From positions 992,001 through 1,056,000 of the forward strand of contig AP026136.1 of the NCBI GenBank assembly GCA_030295235.1: a stretch of 64,000 nt of DNA. The letters run 5' to 3'. Positions within the stretch are counted from its first letter, which is position 1, and every line of letters starts with the position of its first letter. This DNA is from Fistulifera solaris (Eukaryota). The notes below the pieces were generated by a model that had not been told where the DNA came from, did no database searches, and saw nothing but the letters and a program-made list of their open reading frames with translations. The position numbers and the translations under genes are program-made. Of this stretch, positions 46,971 through 59,138 are shown one piece after another.

Positions 46971-48085
46971 TTATCCGTAGCAACGAATGGTGGTATCATC
47001 TCCTTTTCTCGCACTCTGTCCGCCTTTGAGTAAATATTGCTGATGATAGTCTTCAGCAAGCCAAAATTTTCCGGCGGGTAAACATTCGGTGACACAGTCT
47101 TCTCCAAAGTCTCCAATAATGGCTTCGGCAATTTGTTTTTGTTCTGGTGTGTGATAGTAAACACCGTGTCGATATTGCGTTCCTCGGTCATTCCCAACTT
47201 GATTTTTTTAAATATTTGTTTTCTCCCAGTCGATCCATTGCTAAATGAACTAAACGTTGGTAAGATACGACATCCGGATCGTACGTTACGGCAATGGCTT
47301 CCGTGTGCCCGGTGGTTCCCGAACAAACGTCCTCATAGGTGGGAGCAACACGTTGTCCTTGTGTATAACCGACCGCTGTCGCCACCACACCAGGCTCTCG
47401 CATGTACGTTAGTTCTCCACCCCAGAAGCATCCCAGAGCAAAGGTCGCCACTTGAAACCTCGACGTTTGTGTTTCTCCAAAGACTGTCATACTGGGTCCA
47501 TCCTCAACACGTATCAGGTGCACAGACGCCTCGTACGTGGCGCCAGCCAACGGCGGATTGGCATCAATGGTAAAATCCTTTTCTGTGACTTTAGTGACAA
47601 CACACTTGAGTCCATTGGCTAACATCAATTCCACTCCCGATTGAATCTGCGAGGGATCATCGATAGCGGCTTGTGCGAATTCAATGGTAGCGACAAGATC
47701 TGATCTCCGTTCGCCCCAACCGGCATCAAGACTGACGCCATTCACTGATTCGCCTACTTGTAAGCCTTGTACGAGATCGTGCAGACCGGGCAAGTAATTG
47801 CCGCGGCCGAGCGCAAACGTCAGACGTGCGGGGGGACTTTCATCATGCAAGACGACGCCGTCAATCAACGGTTCCGGCACATATTCGCCTTCCGGTTTCA
47901 AACGGCAGTCGATAGTAACAATGGATCCTTCTTTTATGCGAATTGCGGGCTTTTCTTCATCTGAGAAGGTTTCGGTCGAAGCGAAACGAGGTGTACTAGC
48001 CGAAGGCGTCTTGGGAAAAGATCCAAGCTTTGCCTTTCGTAATGAAAAGGAGAATCGACAACGAATACAACTTCAAAGCAAACAT
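46971..48085 (-). CDS. FKBP/SlyD-type PPIase fused to peptide methionine sulfoxide reductase A, probably plastid-targeted
   Basis: Signal-like MFALKLYSLSILLFITKGKA-WIF. FKBP/SlyD motifs F.LG.GNYLPGL and IDANPPLAG. MsrA motifs GCFWG, GYTQG, PTYEDVCSGTTGHTE, NQVGNDRGTQYR, AEDYHQQYL, IRCYG. Homopolymer indels near 48017 and 47205. Confidence 0.88.
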
Positions 48086-48582
48086 TGCTGCCTTAGTCGA
48101 GTGACCAACGAGCTGATAAACTGGCGTTCAATGTAAAAGGGATTTTTTCGATTCAAATATGAAAGTGCTTGTATTTTTATCTTCACAACGAAAGTGTCTT
48201 TTTGTGCGTATGCGATGCCGAACGAGAAAAATTGACCGTCTTTCGCGCTAAGGTTCGAGGTCACCTTCCGATTCTTTTATTATACCAGTACAGCCACAGA
48301 GGAGTCACAGAGTGAAGTGAGTTTTTGCCCCGACTGGATTTTGAGCCAGTCATGCTTTTGTGGTTTTCAATGTTGTTGTTGATCGTCACTATTACTCGGG
48401 GTACCGCACCTGGTATTTTCATTAGCAGGTACAAGGTACAAGTAGTTACTTATCCTTTTACATTTTGTAAAACAAGGTTCGTCGTAATCACAGCATAACC
48501 CTGAAGCTTTGATAGAATCGCTGAAATGAAAAACGATGCCGATTACGACAAAGATTTTTCGTCGACTGTTTGAAGAGAAAGA

Positions 48583-50269
48583 ATGAGGCAGCACAAAGGA
48601 TTTTGGCTGCTTATGGCAATTCTTGTCTACAGTTTCCTGTGGATGACTATGTCGGTGCAACAACTAGATTTTCGGTTGAAACCTTCTATCGTTAGCGTTC
48701 TTGCTCACTTTTCGACCATCGATACAAAGAGGGACGACAATTCACTTGAAGGAAAATTTGTGCAAGATATTCTTTGTCGCTCTTGTCGACACGCCTTCGC
48801 CACAGAAACAATGCGGTGCGGTGCCTCAATCCCTGAAATCACTTTTCATACAGATACTCACATTGCGGAAAGAATCCGGCAAAGTGGCATCGACGTTTCA
48901 CGCGAATATCCACAGACGTGTGCACATTGTCATCCCGATCGTTGTCTGCCAACCGACAAGCGCTTTTGGAGGTACGATCGCGTTGCCATGGCAGATCGAC
49001 ACGCCGTTCACGTAGAACTGAATGCTGTGCCGTCTCAGTATCGATTGCCTCCGCAGGCAATCAAGAATGTAACAGAATATCTTCTCATGAATTATCCCGA
49101 ACGAATCTATCCGGCAACAGAATATTTCTTTGATTACAATCCATCTATTATTCAGTTACCGAACCCAGTTGGTAAAACGCGCTACCTAGCTTCCTTCCGT
49201 GTATCCAATCAACATTATTGTTTACATCCCGACGAACGAAAGCTCATGAATGGTATCATGAGAGTCGATGGATCACTCGACAACGAAAAGTCTCCACCAC
49301 CTGCAAAAAAATTGGCTAGGTTTGGCTTGGTTGGACGAACAACTTCAGATCATTCAAGATTCAGTATTGGACGTGCGTCCGGTAGGATTCCCCGCGGCCG
49401 AAGATTTTCGATTGGTTCGTCTGGGAAAGGAAATCTATTTGACCAGTTACGACCAGATTGTGCCTATGTATTTTCAAGAAAGAAACGATTCTGTTCGTAT
49501 TCCACAAGTGTTTCCTACGATACCTGCCCCAGCTGTGTATCTTAGAAATTTTGCTTCGTGTGCACCGTGTCGCCGGACCTCGAAACGTGGTTTCTGCGGA
49601 AAAAATTTCAATTATGTTGGCGTTACGCCGGATCGGGCAATCGTAGAGATATGGCCTTCTCCACCGCATCTCGTGCGAACCGTCAATTTGACACAAGTTT
49701 GCAATCGCAGTGCGGAACCGGAAGATTTTGTTGATGTCGCTGCATCTCTACATCCGTCTTTTGCTACTGTAGAAGAAATTCTGTTTCCTTACTTGCCGTC
49801 CGAGGCGTCGCTGTTGACTAGGGGTCGCGGCGGCGCGTGTTGTATTCCCTGGGTTGACCCACGCACCCAGCAGCCCGTTTGGGTGGGAGTCCTTCATACA
49901 AAAACACCGTCACAAAGCAATCGACAACGCGTTACCAATGTAACGGCCAATCACTACTTGTCTCAGTTCTATGCGTTCGAACAAACCCGTCCTTTCAATT
50001 TGGTAGCGCTGTCGGGCTTCTTTTGTTTAGGTTTCCAGGACGGTGCAATCCGTGCTCATGACCTAGCCCACCTCTCTTCGTGGCGTCGACTTGAGCTTGG
50101 TATGACTTTTGATTGCCCTCGCATCCATTTTGTAAGTGGAATCACGCTCAAAGCGGGAGATCCCTCGACAATCATTTTAGGCTTAGGCGTGAATGACTGT
50201 TATTCACTATTCTTGGAAGTGCCGATGCGCTCGATTGGTGATTTGCTATTCAAAGGGCTTCCTGCATAA
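48583..50269 (+). CDS. Type II membrane protein with probable five-bladed beta-propeller (glycoside hydrolase/mannosyltransferase-like) domain
   Basis: N-terminal TM, Cys-rich stem, then YNPSI, EDFRL, GKNF, RGG, IHFVSG, GVND. Two ORFs join by removing one A at about 49308. Confidence 0.5.
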
Positions 50270-50307
50270 TTTTAACCCGCTTTTGGTCTTGCTTATGTTT
50301 TGTTCTG

Positions 50308-51642
50308 TCACGGCGCTGCCTTGAGTGCTTCTAGCACTACTTGCAGCGGAGGTGTAAGAAACAGAAGATGGTCACCGTGGGGTCTCGTCTCAACAATGCC
50401 TTTGTAAGCCGTTCGGGGAATCATCGCCTTTTCATCATCCATCAGCTTTAAAGCCCGTGCTAACCGTTGGAATTCTTTGAAACTTTGGTATTCAATCCGA
50501 GTGTCCCGTTGTTTGACGATTTGGAGAGCTTTATCGATCGAGGTCTCCAAGTGAGCTGCTTGTACGAGTGCTGCATAGTTTGCATTGTATCGTGGTAACT
50601 CGAGACTTTTCATGATATCTTCGCCAAAATGCTTCCAATCCACGGGCGTTTGGTCTAAGAGGACATTACTTAATCGGGATCCGAATTGATTCATACTGGC
50701 TCCTCCCTTGACCCCAAAATGAAAAGTGCGACTAATTTCCGGTCGCAAAATGTGTCTATTTTGACGCTGCGCCGGCTCTCGCAACCAATCATCCCAATAA
50801 CCCTGAGGCCACTTGTGTTGGAGTTCCTCCTCCCACAGTTTGCGCGTCAACATCCAACCCAAACCCGGAAAGAAATCGGATCGCAACACCCGATCCGGTT
50901 GCAATACCTTTCCTTCGTAACCATTGTCATTAAACGCCGAAACCGCCAGCAATGTAAAATCTCTATCTAAAATGGGAGCCATCGCCGCAAAGTAGTCGAA
51001 GAAATCCTCGGCCGTGTGCAAATCTTCTTCCAGAATGATGACTCGTTTTGGCGAAATACTCTTTCCCGGCGCTTGTGCTCGATTGCTGAATACTTGCGTG
51101 AGGCCCCATCCGTAATGTACCGCCAATTCAATGTAAGGCTTGCCCCGAATATTGTTGTGATGCTGTAGATGGACGACAGGAATACCAATTTCGGCAAATT
51201 GTTTCGTAAAATTATGGATGACATTGATGACGGCGGGGTTATTGCCATCTTGGGAAAGCACAATCGGACAACCAACACTGCAATCACGGGGGATATTCTT
51301 GAGTATATCTGTCAGAGTGTCTCTTAGATAATTGTCGCGTTGGTAGGTGAAAATGATCAAGGGCGATTCATAGGGCAGTAGATTATTTTTGGGTGTCGTT
51401 TCTGTTGTCTTGCTAGGCAATCCTTGTCCTTCTCGGTACACGTGAAGGAAATTGAATACACTGTTAACGTCATTGTTATGTGGAACGAAACGGTGTGAAA
51501 AATAACCATGATAAAACAATACTCCCACGAGAACAAAGACCCATCCCCAAGCAAGTAACAATAATAGCACGACGGCCAATCGTTCAAAGGCACACAAAGA
51601 AGCTGTATAACTTCGTTTAACTCTCCTTGTGAGTCGCACCAT
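50308..51642 (-). CDS. MGAT1: Alpha-1,3-mannosyl-glycoprotein beta-1,2-N-acetylglucosaminyltransferase I (GT13)
   Basis: Type II TM, LSQDG, HY.W.L, IILEEDL..A.DFFDYF, VSAFNDNG, RSDFFPGLGWM, YWDDWLR, RPEISRT. Confidence 0.95.
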   Translation of the reverse strand: MVRLTRRVKRSYTASLCAFERLAVVLLLLLAWGWVFVLVGVLFYHGYFSHRFVPHNNDVNSVFNFLHVYREGQGLPSKTTETTPKNNLLPYESPLIIFTYQRDNYLRDTLTDILKNIPRDCSVGCPIVLSQDGNNPAVINVIHNFTKQFAEIGIPVVHLQHHNNIRGKPYIELAVHYGWGLTQVFSNRAQAPGKSISPKRVIILEEDLHTAEDFFDYFAAMAPILDRDFTLLAVSAFNDNGYEGKVLQPDRVLRSDFFPGLGWMLTRKLWEEELQHKWPQGYWDDWLREPAQRQNRHILRPEISRTFHFGVKGGASMNQFGSRLSNVLLDQTPVDWKHFGEDIMKSLELPRYNANYAALVQAAHLETSIDKALQIVKQRDTRIEYQSFKEFQRLARALKLMDDEKAMIPRTAYKGIVETRPHGDHLLFLTPPLQVVLEALKAAP

Positions 51643-52862
51643 CTCCTATACTTTGTCTCTTTTAAAGTCAAATCAACAAAGATATTTAGAGAAAACGATA
51701 TCACAAGGATGTAACGGTAAAGGGTGATGTCATTATTTTGATGTGCGATGTGCGATGTGTCGTGACTGAATCTGAAATGCCGTCGTGAAAAAGGTCGCTT
51801 ACACTTTGGTCTATAGCACGAGCGGAAAATATCATATTGTAAAACTTTTCGACGTAATGAGCCGAGGCCTGTATTACAAATGTTACTGCAACTGATATAA
51901 ACAACGTTAAGAGACAACAAATGCAGCTTACGAAATGAGCAGAAGAAAGGGAGGGTTAAAAGCAATCTGGCGTCTGAGAATTCTGGTTCATGACTGAAAT
52001 GCAGTCTTGTGAAAGTCGATTCCAGACTCCGGAGCTATACCAGTAGTAGAATTCCGGCAACAACTACAAAGATTATAGAAGTAATCACAAATGCTACTAA
52101 AGATACTTGGGACATAGTAACGAGACAATTGAAGGCCGTCAAATTAGCAAAAGAAGCGGACGTTCGACAGCAGGCGCGCCGAAGAATATCTATTTTACTG
52201 ATGTTCAAGAATTCGGATTTTTGAATGCCGTGCTGATTCCAAACGTTCACCTTTCAAATATTATGCATTTTTTTCGGTTGAATAGGAGAGAAACGATGAT
52301 TTGCAAGGACTTCAACGTCAGGATGAATAATCGTGGCCAAATCGGAGTCACGATAGTCGTCGATGAATCTCCTCTATCTTTGCAACAAGGTGCAGGTTAA
52401 ATCGACAGTTGAGGAGTCAGTCGACGAGATTTTCGCGGACATCCAACTGCAAGTTGCGCGCACGGATCTTGGGGAGACTTCTATTCACAATAGTCTATAG
52501 TCTCGAGAACCGGTCACTCCTGTTTCTCGGCTTTCTATTGGCTTAGAGCGAAAACACGAGTAAAGGTTCCGATTTCTCGATACGAAAGTGTATTATTGTT
52601 TTCGATGGCGTAAAAAGGTACGTAGTACAGTACGTAGTAGCAACGGACTCTCCGCTTGAGAGCATCGCATCGGGTCGTTTTTGTTGCGAGGCAAAAAACA
52701 AGAGATTTGTTATTATTGCGTTGAATGAATGCCTAATCTGGGGTATTCTTTTATTCATTCTTGAATCGTTGACACACGTGTTACGTCCCTCTCTCTTCCA
52801 CCTGTAAATATATAGTATTGAACAATCAATTCCGTGAATTTATTTTTCCGCAAAGCAACAAT

Positions 52863-54005
52863 ATGACAATAGCCAACGAAGAAAACGTCGGATTGGCGTT
52901 CGGTTTGGTAATTGGAGCAGGCTTGGCGACCGCGTTGGGCGCCTCAGTTGTCTTTGTTCCGTCTTTAATTCATCTGGCGAGTCGACGCACACTAGCGGGG
53001 GCTTTGGGATTTTCGGCAGGGGTTATGACTTACGTTAGTTTTGTGGAAATTTTCAACAAGAGCAGAATTTCGTTTCAGGATTCTGGATTGGAAGACGAAA
53101 AGGCGTATGCGTATGCTACGGCTTGCTTCTTTGGAGGAGTCGCTTTCATGGTGGTAAGTCTTTCCAGTGTAGGTAAATGATTGTGATTTTTTGCGCTGTC
53201 TCACGTATTCCTATTCAAGGCGTTGAATCACTTGGTAACTGCTTTATTAGGGGGACATCATCACCATAGTCATGACGATCCAATCAGTAGAGACACACGA
53301 AACGAAAGTCGAGATTCGTCTGCTGACGGAAGATCGGCGCATGTCGAACCAGTTGTTGAAGTGCCGCGTCCTTGTCCGTGCTGTTCCGAGGATCCGGTGG
53401 CTGATTTACAAACAATTCAACACATGGCGGCCGAGATGGAACATGGCGAACATTCCGACACGCACAGCAGTCAAAATGGACACTCACACGACGAAGAAGA
53501 TCATGCGGTGGAAAATACTCTGCAGGTGAGAAAAGACGAAGACGCAAAGCATCTAATGCTCATGAGTGTAAATACAGCCATAGCAATTGGACTCCATAAC
53601 TTCCCAGAAGGTCTGGCGACCTTTGTGGCGACTCTGAATGATCCGGGTGTCGGACTCGTGCTCGCCGTAGCCATTGCTATTCACAATATCCCCGAGGGAT
53701 TGTGCGTCGCCATGCCTATATATTATGCTACCGGCAACCGATGGAAAGCTTTTGGTTGGGCCTTGTTTTCAGGACTGGCGGAACCCGTGGCGGCTCTGCT
53801 GGGATGGTTGGTATTGGCGAACTCCTTTTCTGATCAACTCTACGCCGTCTTGTTTGGTATGGTGGCGGGTATGATGGTCATCATTAGTGCCCGAGAGCTA
53901 TTGCCCACAGCGCATCGATATGATCCGGAAGATACGGTTGTCACATATTCCTTCATGACGGGTATGGTTGTGATTGCACTTTCTTTGGTTTTGTTTGTGC
54001 TATGA
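52863..54005 (+). CDS. ZIP-family zinc/metal transporter (ZupT/GufA/ZTP29 type)
   Basis: GFSAGVM.YVSF.EI, His-rich loop, AIGLHNFPEG, AIAIHNIPEG, SGLAEP, ELLP.A. Intron 53154-53219. Confidence 0.94.
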
Positions 54006-54520
54006 TCTTGACCTAGTGCATGACCTTGCTTATGAGATGTAGCATTTCTCCACAGTTTTTTTGGCTTCTTCGAATGCTGCTCCTTTTATAAGCACTTGTT
54101 AACTATTTGCCATGTTCATTATTCGACCTAGACAAATGAGTTACGACTACGACGACTAGTAGAAACGATTTCGATCTTATTCTTTCTAAGGTCTTGTGAA
54201 TTTCCTTTACACTGAGCCAAATAAATAGTTCTATAACGGCACACAAAAGAATAGCAAAGATGCCCCGCTAACTTGTGGGCTCAACTTTAGAAAGTATCGC
54301 GCGGCACTCGTGGAGTATTCAACACTCATCTTTGTTTTGATGAAAACTGTGAAGGTTGTAAATGAGAATTGAGTTACAAACGGGGCGCTTGACCGAAATT
54401 TGAAAAAGGAGAAAGGCATAGTATAATTTGGAACTTTTTGTTATATTTTCAAAGATTAAAAAGGCCCGTTAGCGTACAGCGGGGACTGATTCCACTCGCA
54501 ATTAATGGATATACACAGGC

Positions 54521-55474
54521 TCAGTTCGTAACGACACTGCGAGGAGAAATGGAACGAGATACATGTCCCGGAAATTGCTCTTCGTAATAAGACCAAAGAT
54601 GGTTGAAAATTGGGAGAATATCAAACTCATCGTATCCAGTCCGACGAACTAGTTCCGGTCGCCACTTTGGTTCTATCTGCAAGGCAACCCGAGAGGCCAT
54701 GACGGCTGCCGCTGCCAGAATCGAAGGGCGGTACTGCTGAAAGGAATAATCCTGAAGAGCTAGGTTGCAAAAGAACTCAGCATACTTCTTGAGATATCTA
54801 GGAATCTTAGGAATCAAGTGGCGGCCCTGCCATGCGTCATCGACAAAGCATGCACCCTTGGCTAAGATGTATCCGACAACGTGCAGGGCCGGAAAGGCGC
54901 GCAATTGCCAACCGAGACGCTTCAAAATCTCTACTTCGCCATCTCGAAACGCCAACGAATCATAACCCGATTGAGATAGCTTTGTGAATCTCAAAAGCTC
55001 TGGAATGTGTGGACAGTGCTCCTCCGCTTCTTCGTACTTTGCCGCCACCGTAATGCACGCTGTAGCAAAAAGTTGCCATAGACTTCGGGGGATATGATCC
55101 GATCGAAGAATTTTATCCATGTACAAGACACTCACATGAATCGTGGTGTTGTGCAAGCGATAATGCTCTCCAACATCGCTCATCCAGTCTACCAGGAATC
55201 TGCGGTAGGTCAGATACGAGGCCGTCGGGTTATACGAAGAGGGTGAAACAAAGTCACATTCTCGTTCCAGCATATCACGGTACAGATCTTCCGTACATAC
55301 ATTTAGCGCTCGATCCACATCCATCTGTTGAAAACAATTCAAGACAAGATACATGCATCGTTAGACTTTTAGTAGACACTATCTTTGAAACTAGTCCATG
55401 TCAGGACTCACCTCAATACCGTACGCGGGTGACTCCATGAACTCTTCGGTTGCTCTTTTGTAGCCGCTGTCCAT
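54521..55474 (-). CDS. Cyclin (cyclin box protein; subfamily not assigned)
   Basis: YRRFLVDWM, TIHVSVLYMD, QLFATACITVAAKYEE, EVEILKRLGW.L, YRPSILAAA. Intron 55325-55411. Confidence 0.92.
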
Positions 55475-56795
55475 TGCATTTTGCGAAGCACTTCTCTCCC
55501 ATGGCTGGAAATAATAAAGAAGAAAAGAGAGGGTGAGATTCAGCACTTGGTGGTAAACCACCAATTGAAAATCCGAAGAATCATCGGTAGAGGGATTCCC
55601 TGTATCCTTCATGTGGTTGGTCGCAAGCGTTCATTAGAATCCTCTTACCTGAATCGGTTTAAAGGTGAAGTCATCTGCCATTCCTGTACTTCTCTCAAAA
55701 ATATGACGCTGCATGCTTGATGATGAGGGAAACACTAACAGAGTTACAACGATCGATCCAGGAAAAGTGGCGGAGGCGAGCGGGTGATAACTGATGAAAA
55801 GAATTAGATCAAATCAGTTACATGAGAAATTCAACGGTATCAGTCTTGGAACGCCGCTGGCGAAAAGTTATGTGTTGGCTTCACCGTCGTTCAATGAATG
55901 AATAAATAATGGAGGGTGTATGTGTGCGTGCAGCAGATTTCGTCGTTGACGCTTTGATGCCGTCTTTGGCCTCTGCAATTCCGGACGAGATCTTGCGTCC
56001 GGTACTCGTCTTTGGGCGGAATCCTTTCCGTTGAAGAAACGTCTTCCACTCTATGTAGGAGCGTCACGGCATTTCGCGCTTTCGTATTGCTTGGTACTTA
56101 TCACATGCCGTTGGCCATTTAAATCGAAAACGGCATTCGCGATGCACAAAAGTACTTTCCCATGTTCCACCGAAATTTAAAAATAGTTGACTATAAGAGC
56201 GAATGTTGTCGGAATGCCTCCGACCTCCGATTGAACTGGAAGTCAGTCCCGACAATCCTAACGCCATCTCTCAACTATTTTTCTTGTAGCATTTATCGAA
56301 ACCAATAATACTGGATGAAAAAGTGAGTCTTATTAATGCTGCTGTCGTGTTATTCGTCAATATTGCCGGAATAATCGTCGATGCCTAGTTCTCGAATTCA
56401 TAAAAACACTTTCGTTAAATGCGGATACCTTGGTAAGGTGAGGTTACTGACCACTGACCAGGTAGATCCGCAAGCCGCCATTTGTTGTGTTTGAAAGAAA
56501 AGAGAAGGTGGGAGAAAGATGCAGGCCTTTGACTTAACTGTTGCTCTTTGTCATTTGTCATGGGGAATGACGCGACACGCGACGGTCGGTGGACGAACAC
56601 AAACATAAAATAATATGACACGGTGAGATCTGATATCTGATTTTGATGGATCACTTGTGTTCACAACAACAAAGCAACGAAAAAGTAATCTTCGAAAGGT
56701 TATCAATCGCCAGTTCCCGTCAACAACTGCTAGTGTGTCGTTTACGTATTCGATAATCATAATTGGAACTTTCCGCGTATCGCGATCAATTCACA

Positions 56796-57689
56796 ATGAT
56801 TCACAAAAGATTCATTCTCGTCCTCCGATTGGTGATTTTGGTGCTATCGTCAGTGCGATGGTGCGCCGCTTCCTCCAACTTATGGAAATTACCGCCGGAA
56901 ACAATGGCCTGTGTGACGGGAGGCACCAAGGGAATTGGTAGAGCGATTGTAGAAGAGCTGGCTGGGACACACGGAATACAAGTCTTCACCTGTGCCCGCA
57001 ATGATAAGGAGCTCTACCTTTGTTTAAAGGAATGGCGACAAGAAGGAATGATCTGCGACGGAATAGTGGCCGACGTAGCGACAAAGAAAGGTAGAGAAAC
57101 TTTTATCAAGGGACTGAAACGGTGGTTGAACGGTAGAGCGTTGGATATTCTGATTAACAACGTCGGCACCAACATTCGCAAGCCGTCGGTCGAATACACG
57201 GAAGACGATTACAACTTTATATGGAACACGAATCACAAGTCCATGTATGCTCTCACTTGTGCTTGTCACGAATTGTTGAAACGCCCCAATGCCCGTGGGG
57301 CATTGTCTTGTAGCAGTATTGTGCACATTGGAAGCGTTGCTGGTGTCACCTGTATGAAAAGTGGAACACTTTATGCAGCCACCAAGGCCGCCATGAACCA
57401 ATTAACGGGAAACTGGGCCTGTGAATGGGGTCTGGACGGAATTCGCGTGAACTGTGTGGCACCTTGGTATATCAACACCGAATTGGCACAGCAGGTTCTG
57501 AAAGATCCTGCTTATCGAAGGACGGTGATAGAGCGAACACCTTTGGGCCGCGTCGGAGAACCAGAAGAAGTGGCGGCACTTGTGGCTTTCCTTTGTATGC
57601 CCGCGGCAGGTTACATCACAGGACAAGTAATATCGGTGGATGGTGGCTTTACACGCAATGGATACTATGATAGCTTTTACCGATCTTAG
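56796..57689 (+). CDS. Tropinone reductase-like short-chain dehydrogenase/reductase
   Basis: [68 protein letters not shown]. Confidence 0.93.
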   Translation: MIHKRFILVLRLVILVLSSVRWCAASSNLWKLPPETMACVTGGTKGIGRAIVEELAGTHGIQVFTCARNDKELYLCLKEWRQEGMICDGIVADVATKKGRETFIKGLKRWLNGRALDILINNVGTNIRKPSVEYTEDDYNFIWNTNHKSMYALTCACHELLKRPNARGALSCSSIVHIGSVAGVTCMKSGTLYAATKAAMNQLTGNWACEWGLDGIRVNCVAPWYINTELAQQVLKDPAYRRTVIERTPLGRVGEPEEVAALVAFLCMPAAGYITGQVISVDGGFTRNGYYDSFYRS

Positions 57690-57751
57690 TGTGTCGGTAC
57701 TTTAACCCATTTCTTCTCTCCAGCTGCAAATCTGTTTGCCGAAAATTAATA

Positions 57752-58350
57752 TCAAAGACGCCTCCTACCGACAAGATATCCTACCGCAAAGCTAGTGACT
57801 AGAGCAAGTAAGATAGTAAATGCACCAGCGACGGGTAATCCTACTGGCACGACGATATCTTTCGTGTGAGGGCTCAATGGTTCGGAGACTTTGTAGTGTA
57901 GAAATCGCCCTCCCTGGCTACCCGTCCACGATGCTTCAACAATCTTTCGATACGGTTTATAGAACCATGCATGAAAGGGCCCGTCCCACCACTCCGCCAG
58001 TATAGTATCTTCGAGAAAATGAAACACGTGCGGAACAAATGGAGGGATGCGAATATACTGGTTTTCCCTATAAACTTGTTTCTTTGTTGAGCCATCTTTT
58101 CCAGATGCCAGACTTCCACTGCACCTGAAAAGACAAAATCGTGTTGGTAGTCTCTATGGATATCACCTGACCGCATGACGCCGGATTTCGTGTGTAGGAG
58201 GTTCAGGCGTCGGCCTCCGATTTTAAAGTTATGAATTTCACCGCGTTCGTCTATATAGACAGAGGGTGTCGCCACCGCCGCATTCACACGAGCAGGAGCT
58301 TCTTGCACTTCATTTAAGTGCAGTATGTTCTTACTTCCTACCCAGTCCAT
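57752..58350 (-). CDS. Cupin-fold (RmlC-like) protein with C-terminal TM; 5' end uncertain
   Basis: DERG, RSGDIH..Q..FVFSG, and IPPFVPHVF after adding one A near 58097. Hydrophobic C-terminal anchor. Confidence 0.55.
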
Positions 58351-59138
58351 TGCAAGGAATGTTCTCTCTCAATTATTTAACGCTTTGAGAAAAACAAGAC
58401 TGCTTATTAGAAAGCCACATCCGGGTGCTCCCTACATCGATAAATTTCTTACGGGGCCACCGTGTTTTCACGTAGGATTCAGAGGCTTAGCATCTTTCTT
58501 CTTTTCGTTGTTATGATCTCGCAAAGACGTCTTCTGTCGTTATCCAACAAGCACGAACAATGTTGGTAAATGCGAAAAAAATACAAACGAGCCAAATTGA
58601 CACAAGGAACGGTCTGCTCAAATTTCTCATTAATATCCGGGTACCCATTTTGTCGATTAACTCCCCTACGGGGCCTACGTATATCTCACGTAGAATTTCT
58701 ATGCGTTTTACTTTCGCTTTTTCGATGATCTGAGTTCAAATAGTATACTTCAATAGCATGAAAAATACATCCTGGTGAAAGCTATGTTGACAGTCGTGGT
58801 AAACGAATCCGTGAAGTGGGGAGGGCGAAATGCATAGTTTATTATCCGGGTGAGCAAGTCGAAAGTGTAATGACTTTTAACGCTAATGGAGGAACGCCCG
58901 AGGATTTTGTTCGTGAAAGATTGGTCGGGTTGATCGATCCAAAGGATCGATGGTCATCGAAACGCAACGCATTCGCTGCAGGGTCAAACCTTATGATTAA
59001 AACAGAACTTTAAGACAGTACATTGGTTAAGAAACAAAATATTAGCTGAAGATTCCTTTAAGATTCTGGCTCATTAGTATTAAGCCAGTAGAGTTTGCTT
59101 GCATTACATCGAGTCGTCAGGTTTAAATAAATTCAACA

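Noticed and set aside
52035..52445. Possible small tail-anchored membrane protein on the minus strand
   Set aside because: There is a hydrophobic C-terminus but no consistent frame, start codon or recognisable family.
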